Below are positions 10,151-17,819 of a stretch of DNA of 64,000 nucleotides, in pieces. The position numbers and the translations under genes were made by a program. Below the pieces are notes generated by a model. The model searched no databases. It was given only the letters and a program-made list of their open reading frames with translations, and was not told the origin of the DNA. Position 1 is the first letter of the stretch, and every line of letters begins with the position of its first letter. The stretch is from Acidobacteriota bacterium (lineage in GTDB: Bacteria; Acidobacteriota; Thermoanaerobaculia; Gp7-AA8), in contig JAFATB010000002.1 in NCBI GenBank assembly GCA_019244185.1, forward strand, positions 1 through 64,000, given 5' to 3'.

Positions 10151-10519
10151 TTACGCCGCGAGCACGGCCCGTACGATCTCGCCGCGTTCGTACGCCGCCG
10201 CCTCCGCCACGACCGGATCGTCGTGCGCGACCGCCTCGGCCAGAAATGCCAGCGCCAGCTCGCGGAAGTACATCGGGCATTCGCGCCGCAGCAGCCGCGC
10301 CACCGCCGCGCGGAATTCGCCGCGCGCCTCGAGCCGCGCCGCCGTCTGCGGACAAGTGCGCCGCAGGATGAGCTCGCGCCACGCCGCGACGCATTCGCGC
10401 ACGACCAGCAGCCCCGTCGAGCGCGCGACATCCGCGAGCCACGCGTCGTCCGACGCGCACGCGCCCGTGCGCACGAGCTCCGTGAGGTTCCGTTGCAACT
10501 CCGCGAGATCGCGTGTCAT
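10151..10519 (-). CDS. Small helical MNIO partner protein (DUF2063/RRE-like, putative)
   Basis: 122 aa; ATG overlaps the DUF692 stop (ATGA); pattern LAELQR..L, R..L..TCPQTAARL, F..E...F..FL, A.YE resembles partner genes that follow DUF692. Confidence 0.7.
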   Translation of the reverse strand: MTRDLAELQRNLTELVRTGACASDDAWLADVARSTGLLVVRECVAAWRELILRRTCPQTAARLEARGEFRAAVARLLRRECPMYFRELALAFLAEAVAHDDPVVAEAAAYERGEIVRAVLAA

Positions 10520-11349
10520 GCCGTCCACCTCCGCAACAGTTCGATCTCTCCCGCAATCCGGTTCGCACCGAGCACCGGCACTGCCTCGGATAAGAACTCG
10601 AACACCAGCACTTCCGCGTGCGTCGCGCGCGGCAGGACCTCGTCGAGCAACGCCCGCGTCTCGCTGCGCGTCGTCCGCGAATGCACGTCGAGCATCAGCC
10701 CGCGCCGCTCGACGCCGTTCGCGATGTGGATCTCGCGCACGGCCGAGAAATCGAGCTCGTCGAGAAACGCGCGCAGCTCGACCTGGCCGTTGTGCGCGTC
10801 GCATTCGAGGTTGTAGACGTCGAGCAGCAGACCGCAGCCGGTGCGGCGCACGAGCTCGTTCAGGAAACCGGCGTGCGTGTAGTCGCTCTCCGCGAAGTCG
10901 GGGAGGAGGTTCACGACGTGCTCGAGGAGGAACGGCATCGGGTAACGCGCGAGCAGCGTCTCGATGCGCGGGCAGAGGAGGTCGAGCGACTCTTCGACGC
11001 GCGGCAACGCGAGCATGGTGCCGAGCGGCGCGGCGTCCACGTGCGTGTAGCCGAGGTGCTCGCTGTGCCACGCCAGCGGCACGTGCGCGGCGAGACGGTC
11101 GAGCACGCGCAGGTAGTCGTCGTTCCAGCCGTCCGCGGAGCCGATCGAGAGACCGACGCCGTGCGCGAGGATGCGCGTCGACTCGGAGAGCTCTTCGAGA
11201 TGCGCGAGCGCGTCTTCGTCGACGATCGGACGCCCGTCGATCATCGTGGCGATGCTGTCGGGCGTGACCTCGAGGAACTCGACGAGCGGCGCGAGCCGCT
11301 GTGCGAGGCGCGGGTCGCGTTCGCTGTAGCTGGTGCCGAGAGCGGGCAT
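10516..11349 (-). CDS. DUF692 family multinuclear non-heme iron oxidative enzyme (MNIO)
   Basis: Motifs HGVGLSIGS, SEHL, LLE, LLLDVYN, EIH, D-x-H and terminal VFE in the expected order; 277 aa; AAAGGAG RBS at 11355-11361. Confidence 0.93.
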   Translation of the reverse strand: MPALGTSYSERDPRLAQRLAPLVEFLEVTPDSIATMIDGRPIVDEDALAHLEELSESTRILAHGVGLSIGSADGWNDDYLRVLDRLAAHVPLAWHSEHLGYTHVDAAPLGTMLALPRVEESLDLLCPRIETLLARYPMPFLLEHVVNLLPDFAESDYTHAGFLNELVRRTGCGLLLDVYNLECDAHNGQVELRAFLDELDFSAVREIHIANGVERRGLMLDVHSRTTRSETRALLDEVLPRATHAEVLVFEFLSEAVPVLGANRIAGEIELLRRWTA

Positions 11350-11380
11350 GCAGGCTCCTTTGCTCCGGTGGCGCGCGGAA

Positions 11381-11407
11381 GGCCGGCGCCGCGCTGCGGC
11401 GCCGGCC
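11381..11407. promoter_or_regulatory. Perfect 12-bp GC hairpin between the precursor and MNIO genes
   Basis: GGCCGGCGCCGC-GCT-GCGGCGCCGGCC with no U-tract on either side; stabiliser or attenuator-like. Confidence 0.7.
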
Positions 11408-11428
11408 GGTGACGACGGAAGATGAACG

Positions 11429-11653
11429 TCAGTGGAAGACCGCGCCGCCGACGCCTTCGATCTGTCCGATCTCGTGAGCGGGATCGACGACCGGATCGGT
11501 GAGCATCTCGATGTCGAAGCCGCCGAGCCCGCAGCGCAGACAGCCGTTCAGCTCGTAGAGCTTCGCGAACAGGTTGTCCACCTGCTCCTTCTTGATGTTC
11601 TTCGAAAGCCGGATCGAGAGGCGGGCACCGGGACGGCGAGTCGCATTGGCCAT
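11429..11653 (-). CDS. Putative RiPP precursor / MNIO substrate, 74 aa with GCLRCGLGG motif
   Basis: AAAGGAG RBS (11663-11669) before ATG 11653; only two Cys (C38, C41); directly upstream of and co-oriented with DUF692. Confidence 0.8.
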   Translation of the reverse strand: MANATRRPGARLSIRLSKNIKKEQVDNLFAKLYELNGCLRCGLGGFDIEMLTDPVVDPAHEIGQIEGVGGAVFH

Positions 11654-11714
11654 GGTCAGTCTCTCCTTTCGCGGGAGTAGTGACGCGAGGCGCGAAAACG
11701 TTTCAGGAGATGGG

Positions 11715-12053
11715 GTGCGTACATCCGCGAACGTGTCCGACGACTGCGACTGGGGCACCGACTCGGCGGCGACCGAGATCCCGTGGTATCGCATCCGCCG
11801 CGGGCCTGAAGGCGTGGCGGACTTTTTCTCGACGCTCGCGCGCGAAGTCGAGTTCCGGAAGTTCGAGCCGACGATCTTCGCGGGCGCGGGCGATGCCGTG
11901 ATCGTGAACGTCGACATGGACGATCACTTCCGCAAGAACGGCCGCGGCGCGGCGGTGACGTCGCTGCATCGCTTCCAGATCCGCGATGGCGTCGTGACGA
12001 GCTTCCGCGCGTTCGAGGACACGGCCGCGGTGCAGGCGGCCTGGCGCGAGTAG
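11715..12053 (+). pseudogene. NTF2/SnoaL-like protein, apparently missing its N-terminal helices
   Basis: VSDDCDW...PW...GPEGVADFF...GDAVIV...FQIRDGVVTSFRAFEDTAAV is SnoaL-like but starts at the first strand. A GTG at 11715 with AGGAG upstream could still allow expression. Confidence 0.55.
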
Positions 12054-12075
12054 TAGGACGAAGGCGTCGCCGCGA

Positions 12076-12756
12076 TCAGACCAGCGCGACGACGCTGCCC
12101 GGCTCGATTTCGATCGGCTCCGCGCCGCGCCGGAACACGCGCGCGGAGCTGCGGCCGTGCAGCGTCGTCACGTCGTCGTCGACCCAGAGCATCGTGTCTT
12201 CGCGCAGGCCGATCACCGGCGCCGTGTTCTCTTCGAGATACTGCTGCAGCCGCTGCTCGCGCGTCTCGCCCTGGTGCGTGGAGCTCGGATCGGCATCGAG
12301 GTAATGGGGGTTGATCTGATACGGAACGAGGCCGAGCGCGTCGAAGGACGGCGGCTGGACGATGGGCATGTCGTTGGTCGTGCGGATCGTCGGCGCGGCG
12401 ATGTTCGTGCCGGCGCTCGTGCCGATGTACGGCACGCCCGAGCGGACACGCGCGCGAATGACGTCGAGCAGCTCGCGCTCGTACAACGTCTTCAGCAGTC
12501 GAAACGTGTTCCCTCCGCCGACGAAGATGGCCTCGGCTGCCTCGATCTCCGCCGCGCCGCGGACCTGCGTCACCTCGCAATCAATCCGCGCAAACCGCTC
12601 GCGCGCGGTTGCGGTGTACGCCTCGTGGTCCTGCAATGCGAACGGCACGAACGCGACGCGTGTGCGTCCGTCGAGCCGCGCGCGCAACTCGCGCTCCGCG
12701 TGATCGAGGTAGCCGTAACCGTAGACGTTGGAGCTGGAGAGGAGAAGGAGCTGCAT
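12076..12756 (-). CDS. pepE: Dipeptidase E (peptidase S51)
   Basis: LLLLSSS, FVGGGNTF, GTSAG nucleophile, TTNDMPIV, QINPHY, HQGETRE. Confidence 0.95.
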   Translation of the reverse strand: MQLLLLSSSNVYGYGYLDHAERELRARLDGRTRVAFVPFALQDHEAYTATARERFARIDCEVTQVRGAAEIEAAEAIFVGGGNTFRLLKTLYERELLDVIRARVRSGVPYIGTSAGTNIAAPTIRTTNDMPIVQPPSFDALGLVPYQINPHYLDADPSSTHQGETREQRLQQYLEENTAPVIGLREDTMLWVDDDVTTLHGRSSARVFRRGAEPIEIEPGSVVALV

Positions 12757-12787
12757 GCGCGAGCGAGTATAGGCGCGGCGCGAGTCG

Positions 12788-13825
12788 CTACTCGCCGCTG
12801 CTCTCGATGGCCGCCGCCGCGCCCGGAGGCGTCGTCGGATCCTGCGTCCGCTTCTCCGGGAACTTGAAGCCGAGATACGTGCCGGAGCTGATGCCCATCA
12901 GGCCGAGGAGCGTCGCGTTGAAGTCGGGCATGGCCAGCTGCGCGTAGACGCTCGACACGAAGATGATGCCGAGGACGAAGGTCCAGACGAACATCTGAAA
13001 GCGATAGAGGCTGATACCGCCGCCGGTCTCGCCGAGGACGTCGCGGAGAAAGCCTTGCGATGGTTGCGCGGTGAGCTGCGCGCCGGGCGAGGCGTTGGTG
13101 TCGATGAGCGCGCCGCCGAGCGCGGTGCCGCTGCCGATGCCGATCAGCGCGAGCACGGATGCGGTGATCGTGTCGAGCTCCTTCGTGATCAGCCAGCAGA
13201 AGACGTAGCCGCAGAGGACGAGGAAAAACCAGAACGCCATCTGCGTGCGGGCGAGGCTGAACGGATGCTTGCCGCCGGTGACGGGAGGCACGGTGTTGCG
13301 GATGAGCGTCGTACGGCTGCAGAGCAGAAGCAGGAGCACCAGCGACGCCGCGAGCAGGATGACGAACGTGTAGAACTCCGGCTCCGGAATGACGCTCAGC
13401 TTCATCGTCGCCAGCGTCGGATACGAGAACTGTTCGCCCGCGCCGATGCTCACGCGCACGACGCGCTGAAAGCCGCGCGGACTGCCGAGCAGGCGATGCC
13501 ACGCCTCATCGTTCGGCGTGTCGCGGTCGAGGAAGTAGCGCACCGTGCCGCTGTACGGATCGCACGACTCCGGCGGCATGCCGTCGATCGGAATGCCGTT
13601 GAGGAACAGCACGATCGCGCGGCAGTTGCCGTTCGCCGCGGCGAGCACGCGGTCGAGCCCCTGCACCTGCACGGTGAGACGGTCGCCGAGTCCCGCCGAG
13701 TTGTCGTGACGGCTGCCCTGGACCGACGTCACATGCGGCGCGTTGGCGGGATCGAACGTGTCCGCCGCGCGAAGAGGCGAGGCGAGCAGACACACGAATG
13801 CAGCAGTGCACAAGAGCTTGGGCAT
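12788..13825 (-). CDS. Membrane protein of unknown function with signal peptide and internal TM duplication
   Basis: Signal peptide, beta-rich extracytoplasmic domain with two Cys, then two similar SL-x-R-x-QM-x-x-W...GI-x-SGT-x-LG units. Confidence 0.8.
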   Translation of the reverse strand: MPKLLCTAAFVCLLASPLRAADTFDPANAPHVTSVQGSRHDNSAGLGDRLTVQVQGLDRVLAAANGNCRAIVLFLNGIPIDGMPPESCDPYSGTVRYFLDRDTPNDEAWHRLLGSPRGFQRVVRVSIGAGEQFSYPTLATMKLSVIPEPEFYTFVILLAASLVLLLLLCSRTTLIRNTVPPVTGGKHPFSLARTQMAFWFFLVLCGYVFCWLITKELDTITASVLALIGIGSGTALGGALIDTNASPGAQLTAQPSQGFLRDVLGETGGGISLYRFQMFVWTFVLGIIFVSSVYAQLAMPDFNATLLGLMGISSGTYLGFKFPEKRTQDPTTPPGAAAAIESSGE

Positions 13826-13834
13826 GCCGCGATT

Positions 13835-15448
13835 CTACTGCAACCACCACCCTTGCGCCGCCGGATACCAGAGGAACAGCCCGAGACCGTTCGCCGTCTT
13901 CACGTTTTGCACGCGTTTGTTGACGGCCCACTTCGACGCCCACTGAACGGTCCAGAGATACGGCTGATCGCGCGCGAGGATGTCGTGCAGCTGGTGATAG
14001 AGCTCGACGCGGCGCGCGTGATCGAACTCGACGCGTCCCTGTTCGATGAGCGCGTCCGCTTCCGGATTGCGGTAGCCGACGACGTTGAGGCCCGCCGGCG
14101 GAATCTGCGAGGAATGAAAGAGCGAGTACGGATCGGGATCGGGATCGTTGCTCCAGCCGAGGAGCGCGGCCTGGTAGTTGCGCTTCAGGATCTGATCGAA
14201 GAACGCGGCGTCGTCCAGCGGCGTGATCTCCACCTTCACGCCGATGTGCGCGAGCGCGTCCTGCAGCACCTGCGACTCCGCGCGCGACGAGCTGCTGCCC
14301 GACGGCACGAGCAGCTTGAACGCGAACGGATGGCCGTTGCGGTCGAGCGTGCCGTCGCCGTTCGTGTCGCGCCAGCCGGCCGAGCCGAGGAGCGCGGCGG
14401 CCGCGGTGAGGTTGAAGGGGACCGGCGTGACGTCGGGATCGTTCGCCCACTGGTCGGGCGTGAACGGTCCGGTGAGCGGCCGCGCCTGGCCGTGATAGAG
14501 CTCGGTGATGACGCGCTGCCGGTCGTAGCTCATCGCGAGCGCGCGGCGCACGTTCGCGTCGGTGAACAGCGGATCGTCGAGGTTCCACGCGATGGCGTTG
14601 TACGAGAGCAGCCACGCATCGACGAACGCCAGCTTCTGCGTCACCGCCGGATCGTCCTTCACGCGGAACCACGTGTCGTTGCTGATGCGGCTCACGTCGA
14701 GGTCGCCGCGTAGCACCGCGCGCCACGCCACGGCGTCGTCGTGGATGACGCGGAAGAGGACCGACGCGATCGGCGGCCGCGCGCGCCAGTAGTCCTTGCG
14801 ACGCGTCAGCAGCACGCTCTGTCCCGGCGTGCGGCGGGTGAGGGTGTACGCGCCATTGCCGACCACGCGCTGGATCTTCGCGAAGTCGCCCTTGCCGTAG
14901 ACGTGCTCGGGGAGCACGCCGATGTTGAACGAGAGCAGCTGCGTCACGCGCGCCTGTTTGAAGACGACGCGCACGGTGTGGTCGTCGAGCGCGCGCGTGG
15001 CGCTGCGGTCGAGTCCTTCGAACCACGACGCGAACTGCATCGACTCCGCGTCGAGGATCTTGCCGAGCGTGAAGACGACGTCGCTCGCGAGCACCGGCGT
15101 GCCGTCGCTGAACGTCGCGCGCGGATCGAGATGGAGGACGTACGTCTTGCCGCCGTCCTGAATGTCCCAGCTCGCCGCGGTCGCGGGATGCGGATTGAGG
15201 TTCTGATCGAGATCGATGAGCGGATCGTAGAGATAGGCGAAGACCTGCCGCTCCTCGTCGAGCGTCTGCAGCACGTAGTTGAGCGTGCCGAGATCGCTCT
15301 CGAGCCGCCGCGTGAGCCGTCCGCCGTCGACAGGACCGCTCGCGGCGACATGCGGCTGCGCGGGCGCGGCGGGTTTCGGCGTTTCCGGCTTGCGGCAACC
15401 GGCCAGCGCGAGGAGCGCCAGGAGGACGACGGCGAGGCGCTTGGGCAT
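13835..15448 (-). CDS. ABC transporter peptide-binding lipoprotein (family 5 SBP)
   Basis: Lipobox LAGC; FSDGTPV..SDVVFT, GNGAY, VRRALAM, LYHQLHDIL. Confidence 0.92.
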   Translation of the reverse strand: MPKRLAVVLLALLALAGCRKPETPKPAAPAQPHVAASGPVDGGRLTRRLESDLGTLNYVLQTLDEERQVFAYLYDPLIDLDQNLNPHPATAASWDIQDGGKTYVLHLDPRATFSDGTPVLASDVVFTLGKILDAESMQFASWFEGLDRSATRALDDHTVRVVFKQARVTQLLSFNIGVLPEHVYGKGDFAKIQRVVGNGAYTLTRRTPGQSVLLTRRKDYWRARPPIASVLFRVIHDDAVAWRAVLRGDLDVSRISNDTWFRVKDDPAVTQKLAFVDAWLLSYNAIAWNLDDPLFTDANVRRALAMSYDRQRVITELYHGQARPLTGPFTPDQWANDPDVTPVPFNLTAAAALLGSAGWRDTNGDGTLDRNGHPFAFKLLVPSGSSSSRAESQVLQDALAHIGVKVEITPLDDAAFFDQILKRNYQAALLGWSNDPDPDPYSLFHSSQIPPAGLNVVGYRNPEADALIEQGRVEFDHARRVELYHQLHDILARDQPYLWTVQWASKWAVNKRVQNVKTANGLGLFLWYPAAQGWWLQ

Positions 15449-15504
15449 CGCGCGATTCTACTGCGGCGGACGAGGCTGGCACGCATTGTGTTGCAGACCT
15501 CGCC

Positions 15505-15846
15505 ATGAAAGTCGCGTGGCTCGTGCTGCCGGCGGTGCTGGCCGCCTGCAGCTCGCCGCAGAAAGAGGCGAACGAGGCCAGAGACACCGCCGCCTCGTGG
15601 GCCTCGACCGGAGCCGTGCTGGCGCGGGAATGGTCGCGCGGCCACGTCACCGACGCGTACACGCGCAGCACCGCGCGCGTCGCCACCGAAGAGGTCAACA
15701 AGCTGACGAAGCTCGACGCCCGCGCGCGCGACGCGCAGCTGCGGGCGTGGGACGCGCTCGAACGCGCCGCGGAAGCGCACGAACCCGCCGCGGCGGCGCC
15801 GCTCGCGCGGACCTTCGCCGCGCTGGCGAAAAAGTCCGATTCATGA
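15505..15846 (+). CDS. Small helical lipoprotein
   Basis: Lipobox LAAC; stop overlaps the Nramp start. Confidence 0.75.
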   Translation: MKVAWLVLPAVLAACSSPQKEANEARDTAASWASTGAVLAREWSRGHVTDAYTRSTARVATEEVNKLTKLDARARDAQLRAWDALERAAEAHEPAAAAPLARTFAALAKKSDS

Positions 15847-17057
15847 AGAACGTCCTCAAGATCGCGCTGGGGATCCTCACGAGCATCGGCGGCTTTCTCG
15901 ATGCCGGCGCGATCGCCACGAGCTCGGAAGCCGGCGCGCGCTACGGCTTCCGTCTTCTTTGGTCGCTCGCCTTCGGCACGCTCTGCGTCGTCTTTCTCGT
16001 GGAGATGGCCGGCCGGCTCGCGGCGGTGTCGAACCACACCGTGGCCGACGCGATGCGCGAGCGCTTCGGCTGGCGCTTCTTCGTCTTCCCGCTGACCGCG
16101 GAGCTGATCGTCGATCTCTTCGTCATCGCGTCGGAGATCGGCGGCGTCTGTCTCGCGCTGCAGTTCGTCACCGGCATCGCGTTCCGCTGGTGGGCGTTTC
16201 CCGTCGCGCTGCTGATCTGGCTGTTCATCTGGTCCGGCTCGTTCTCGTTCGTCGAAGACTCGACCGCGATCCTGGGCCTCGTGACGATCGTCTTCGTCGT
16301 AGCCGTCGTGAAGCTGCATCCCGACTATCACGCGATCGGCGCGGGGTTCATCCCGTCGATGCCGCCGAAGGACGCGCCGAGCTACTGGTTCCTCGCGGTG
16401 AGCATCATCGGCGCGGTGATCAGTCCGTACCTGCTCTACTTCTATTCGTCGGGCGCGGTCGAGGACAAGTGGACGGAGAAGGACCTCAACGTGAACCGCG
16501 GCGTCTCCGTGATCGGCATGGGCTTCGGCAGCCTCGTGGCGATGGCGGTGCTCGTCGTCGCCGCGCAGACGCTGCTGCCCGCCGGCATCGGCTCCGACCG
16601 CTACGAGCAGACTCCTCTCATGCTCTCGATGGTCCTCGGCAAGACCGGTTTCTATCTCTTCGCCGCGTCCGTCGGCATCGCGTGCTTCGGCGCGGCGGTC
16701 GAGGCGAGCCTCAGCGTCGCGTATCTCACCGCGCAGTCGTTCGGCTGGACGTGGGGCGAGGACCTGCCGCCGAAAGACGACGCGCGCTTCGCCATGGTCT
16801 ACACCGTCTTCCCGATCCTCGCCGCGGCGGTGACGTTCAGCGGCATCGATCCGCTGAAGCTGACGCTGTTCTCGATGGCGCTGACCGTCGTGATTCTGCC
16901 GATCCTGCTCCTGCCGATGATCGTGCTGATGAACGACGAGAAGTTTCTGAAGTCGCATCGCAACGGCTGGCTGAGCAACGCGGTGGGCGTGGTGGTCGTG
17001 GTGGTGGCCATCGTGCTCAGCGTCGTCGCGATTCCGCTCGAACTGATCGGAGGCTGA
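15843..17057 (+). CDS. Nramp-family divalent metal transporter (non-canonical motifs)
   Basis: About 11 TM; DAGA in place of DPGN; GARYGFRLLW, EMAGRL, GAVISPY; ATG at 15843. Confidence 0.88.
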   Translation: MKNVLKIALGILTSIGGFLDAGAIATSSEAGARYGFRLLWSLAFGTLCVVFLVEMAGRLAAVSNHTVADAMRERFGWRFFVFPLTAELIVDLFVIASEIGGVCLALQFVTGIAFRWWAFPVALLIWLFIWSGSFSFVEDSTAILGLVTIVFVVAVVKLHPDYHAIGAGFIPSMPPKDAPSYWFLAVSIIGAVISPYLLYFYSSGAVEDKWTEKDLNVNRGVSVIGMGFGSLVAMAVLVVAAQTLLPAGIGSDRYEQTPLMLSMVLGKTGFYLFAASVGIACFGAAVEASLSVAYLTAQSFGWTWGEDLPPKDDARFAMVYTVFPILAAAVTFSGIDPLKLTLFSMALTVVILPILLLPMIVLMNDEKFLKSHRNGWLSNAVGVVVVVVAIVLSVVAIPLELIGG

Positions 17058-17061
17058 TGCG

Positions 17062-17469
17062 ATGAAACGACTCCAGCTCGCCCGCGACGTTCTCGATCAG
17101 CAGCTCATCGACCGCTACGAATGCAACGCGGGGAAGGTCGACGGCATCGGCCTGGAGCTGCGCGACGGCGAGCCGCCGCGCGTCGCGTTTCTCGACATGG
17201 GCAGCGACGTCCTCGCGCGCCGTCTCTCGCCGCGACTCGAGCGCTGGCTGCAGGCGCTGCGGAAACTCATCGGCCGCAAAACGCCCGAACCGTACCGCGT
17301 GGAATGGTCGAAAGTCGTGAAGATCGCGAACGCGGTGACCATCGACATCGACTCGGATCGCGACGCGCCGAACCACGTCGAGCACTGGCTCGCCGAACAT
17401 CTCATCGGCCGCATCCCCGGCGCGTCGCGGGAGAAGAAAAAGAAGGAGCCGGAGCAGCACAACCAATGA
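17062..17469 (+). CDS. PRC-barrel-like protein
   Basis: VLDQQLID...AGKVDGI...VEWSKV pattern. Confidence 0.75.
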   Translation: MKRLQLARDVLDQQLIDRYECNAGKVDGIGLELRDGEPPRVAFLDMGSDVLARRLSPRLERWLQALRKLIGRKTPEPYRVEWSKVVKIANAVTIDIDSDRDAPNHVEHWLAEHLIGRIPGASREKKKKEPEQHNQ

Positions 17470-17771
17470 TCGTCAACCTCGAGCTCCTCCTCGGACGCAA
17501 GGTCCTCGACGTCAACGGCGAGAAGGCCGGCCGCGTCTTCGACGTCCGCTGCGAACAACAGGGGAAGGAAGCGATCGTGCGCGAATGGGTCCTCGCCGCC
17601 GGCAGCCACCGCACCCGCTCCGTCAGCGACGTCGTGCAGTTCCTCCTCCTGCAACTCCGCGCCCGCACCGAGACCGCCAAAGTGCGCGTCGTCCCATGGG
17701 ACAAGCTCGACCTGCGCGACCCGCGCAACCCGCGACTCACGTGCCGGATCGACGAGCTGCCGGCGGAGTGA
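17466..17771 (+). CDS. PRC-barrel-like protein
   Basis: LLGRKVLDVNGEKAGRVFDV...VPWDKLD; ATGA overlap with the upstream gene. Confidence 0.78.
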   Translation: MIVNLELLLGRKVLDVNGEKAGRVFDVRCEQQGKEAIVREWVLAAGSHRTRSVSDVVQFLLLQLRARTETAKVRVVPWDKLDLRDPRNPRLTCRIDELPAE

Positions 17772-17819
17772 GCGGCGCTTCCTTCGACTAACGTTCGCGC
17801 ACGGCGCGTACGCGTCGCG

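Noticed and set aside
11715-12756. SnoaL and PepE as tailoring or maturation enzymes of the MNIO cluster
   Set aside because: SnoaL is divergent and appears truncated; PepE is a housekeeping Asp-dipeptidase with its own promoter. No support without synteny data.
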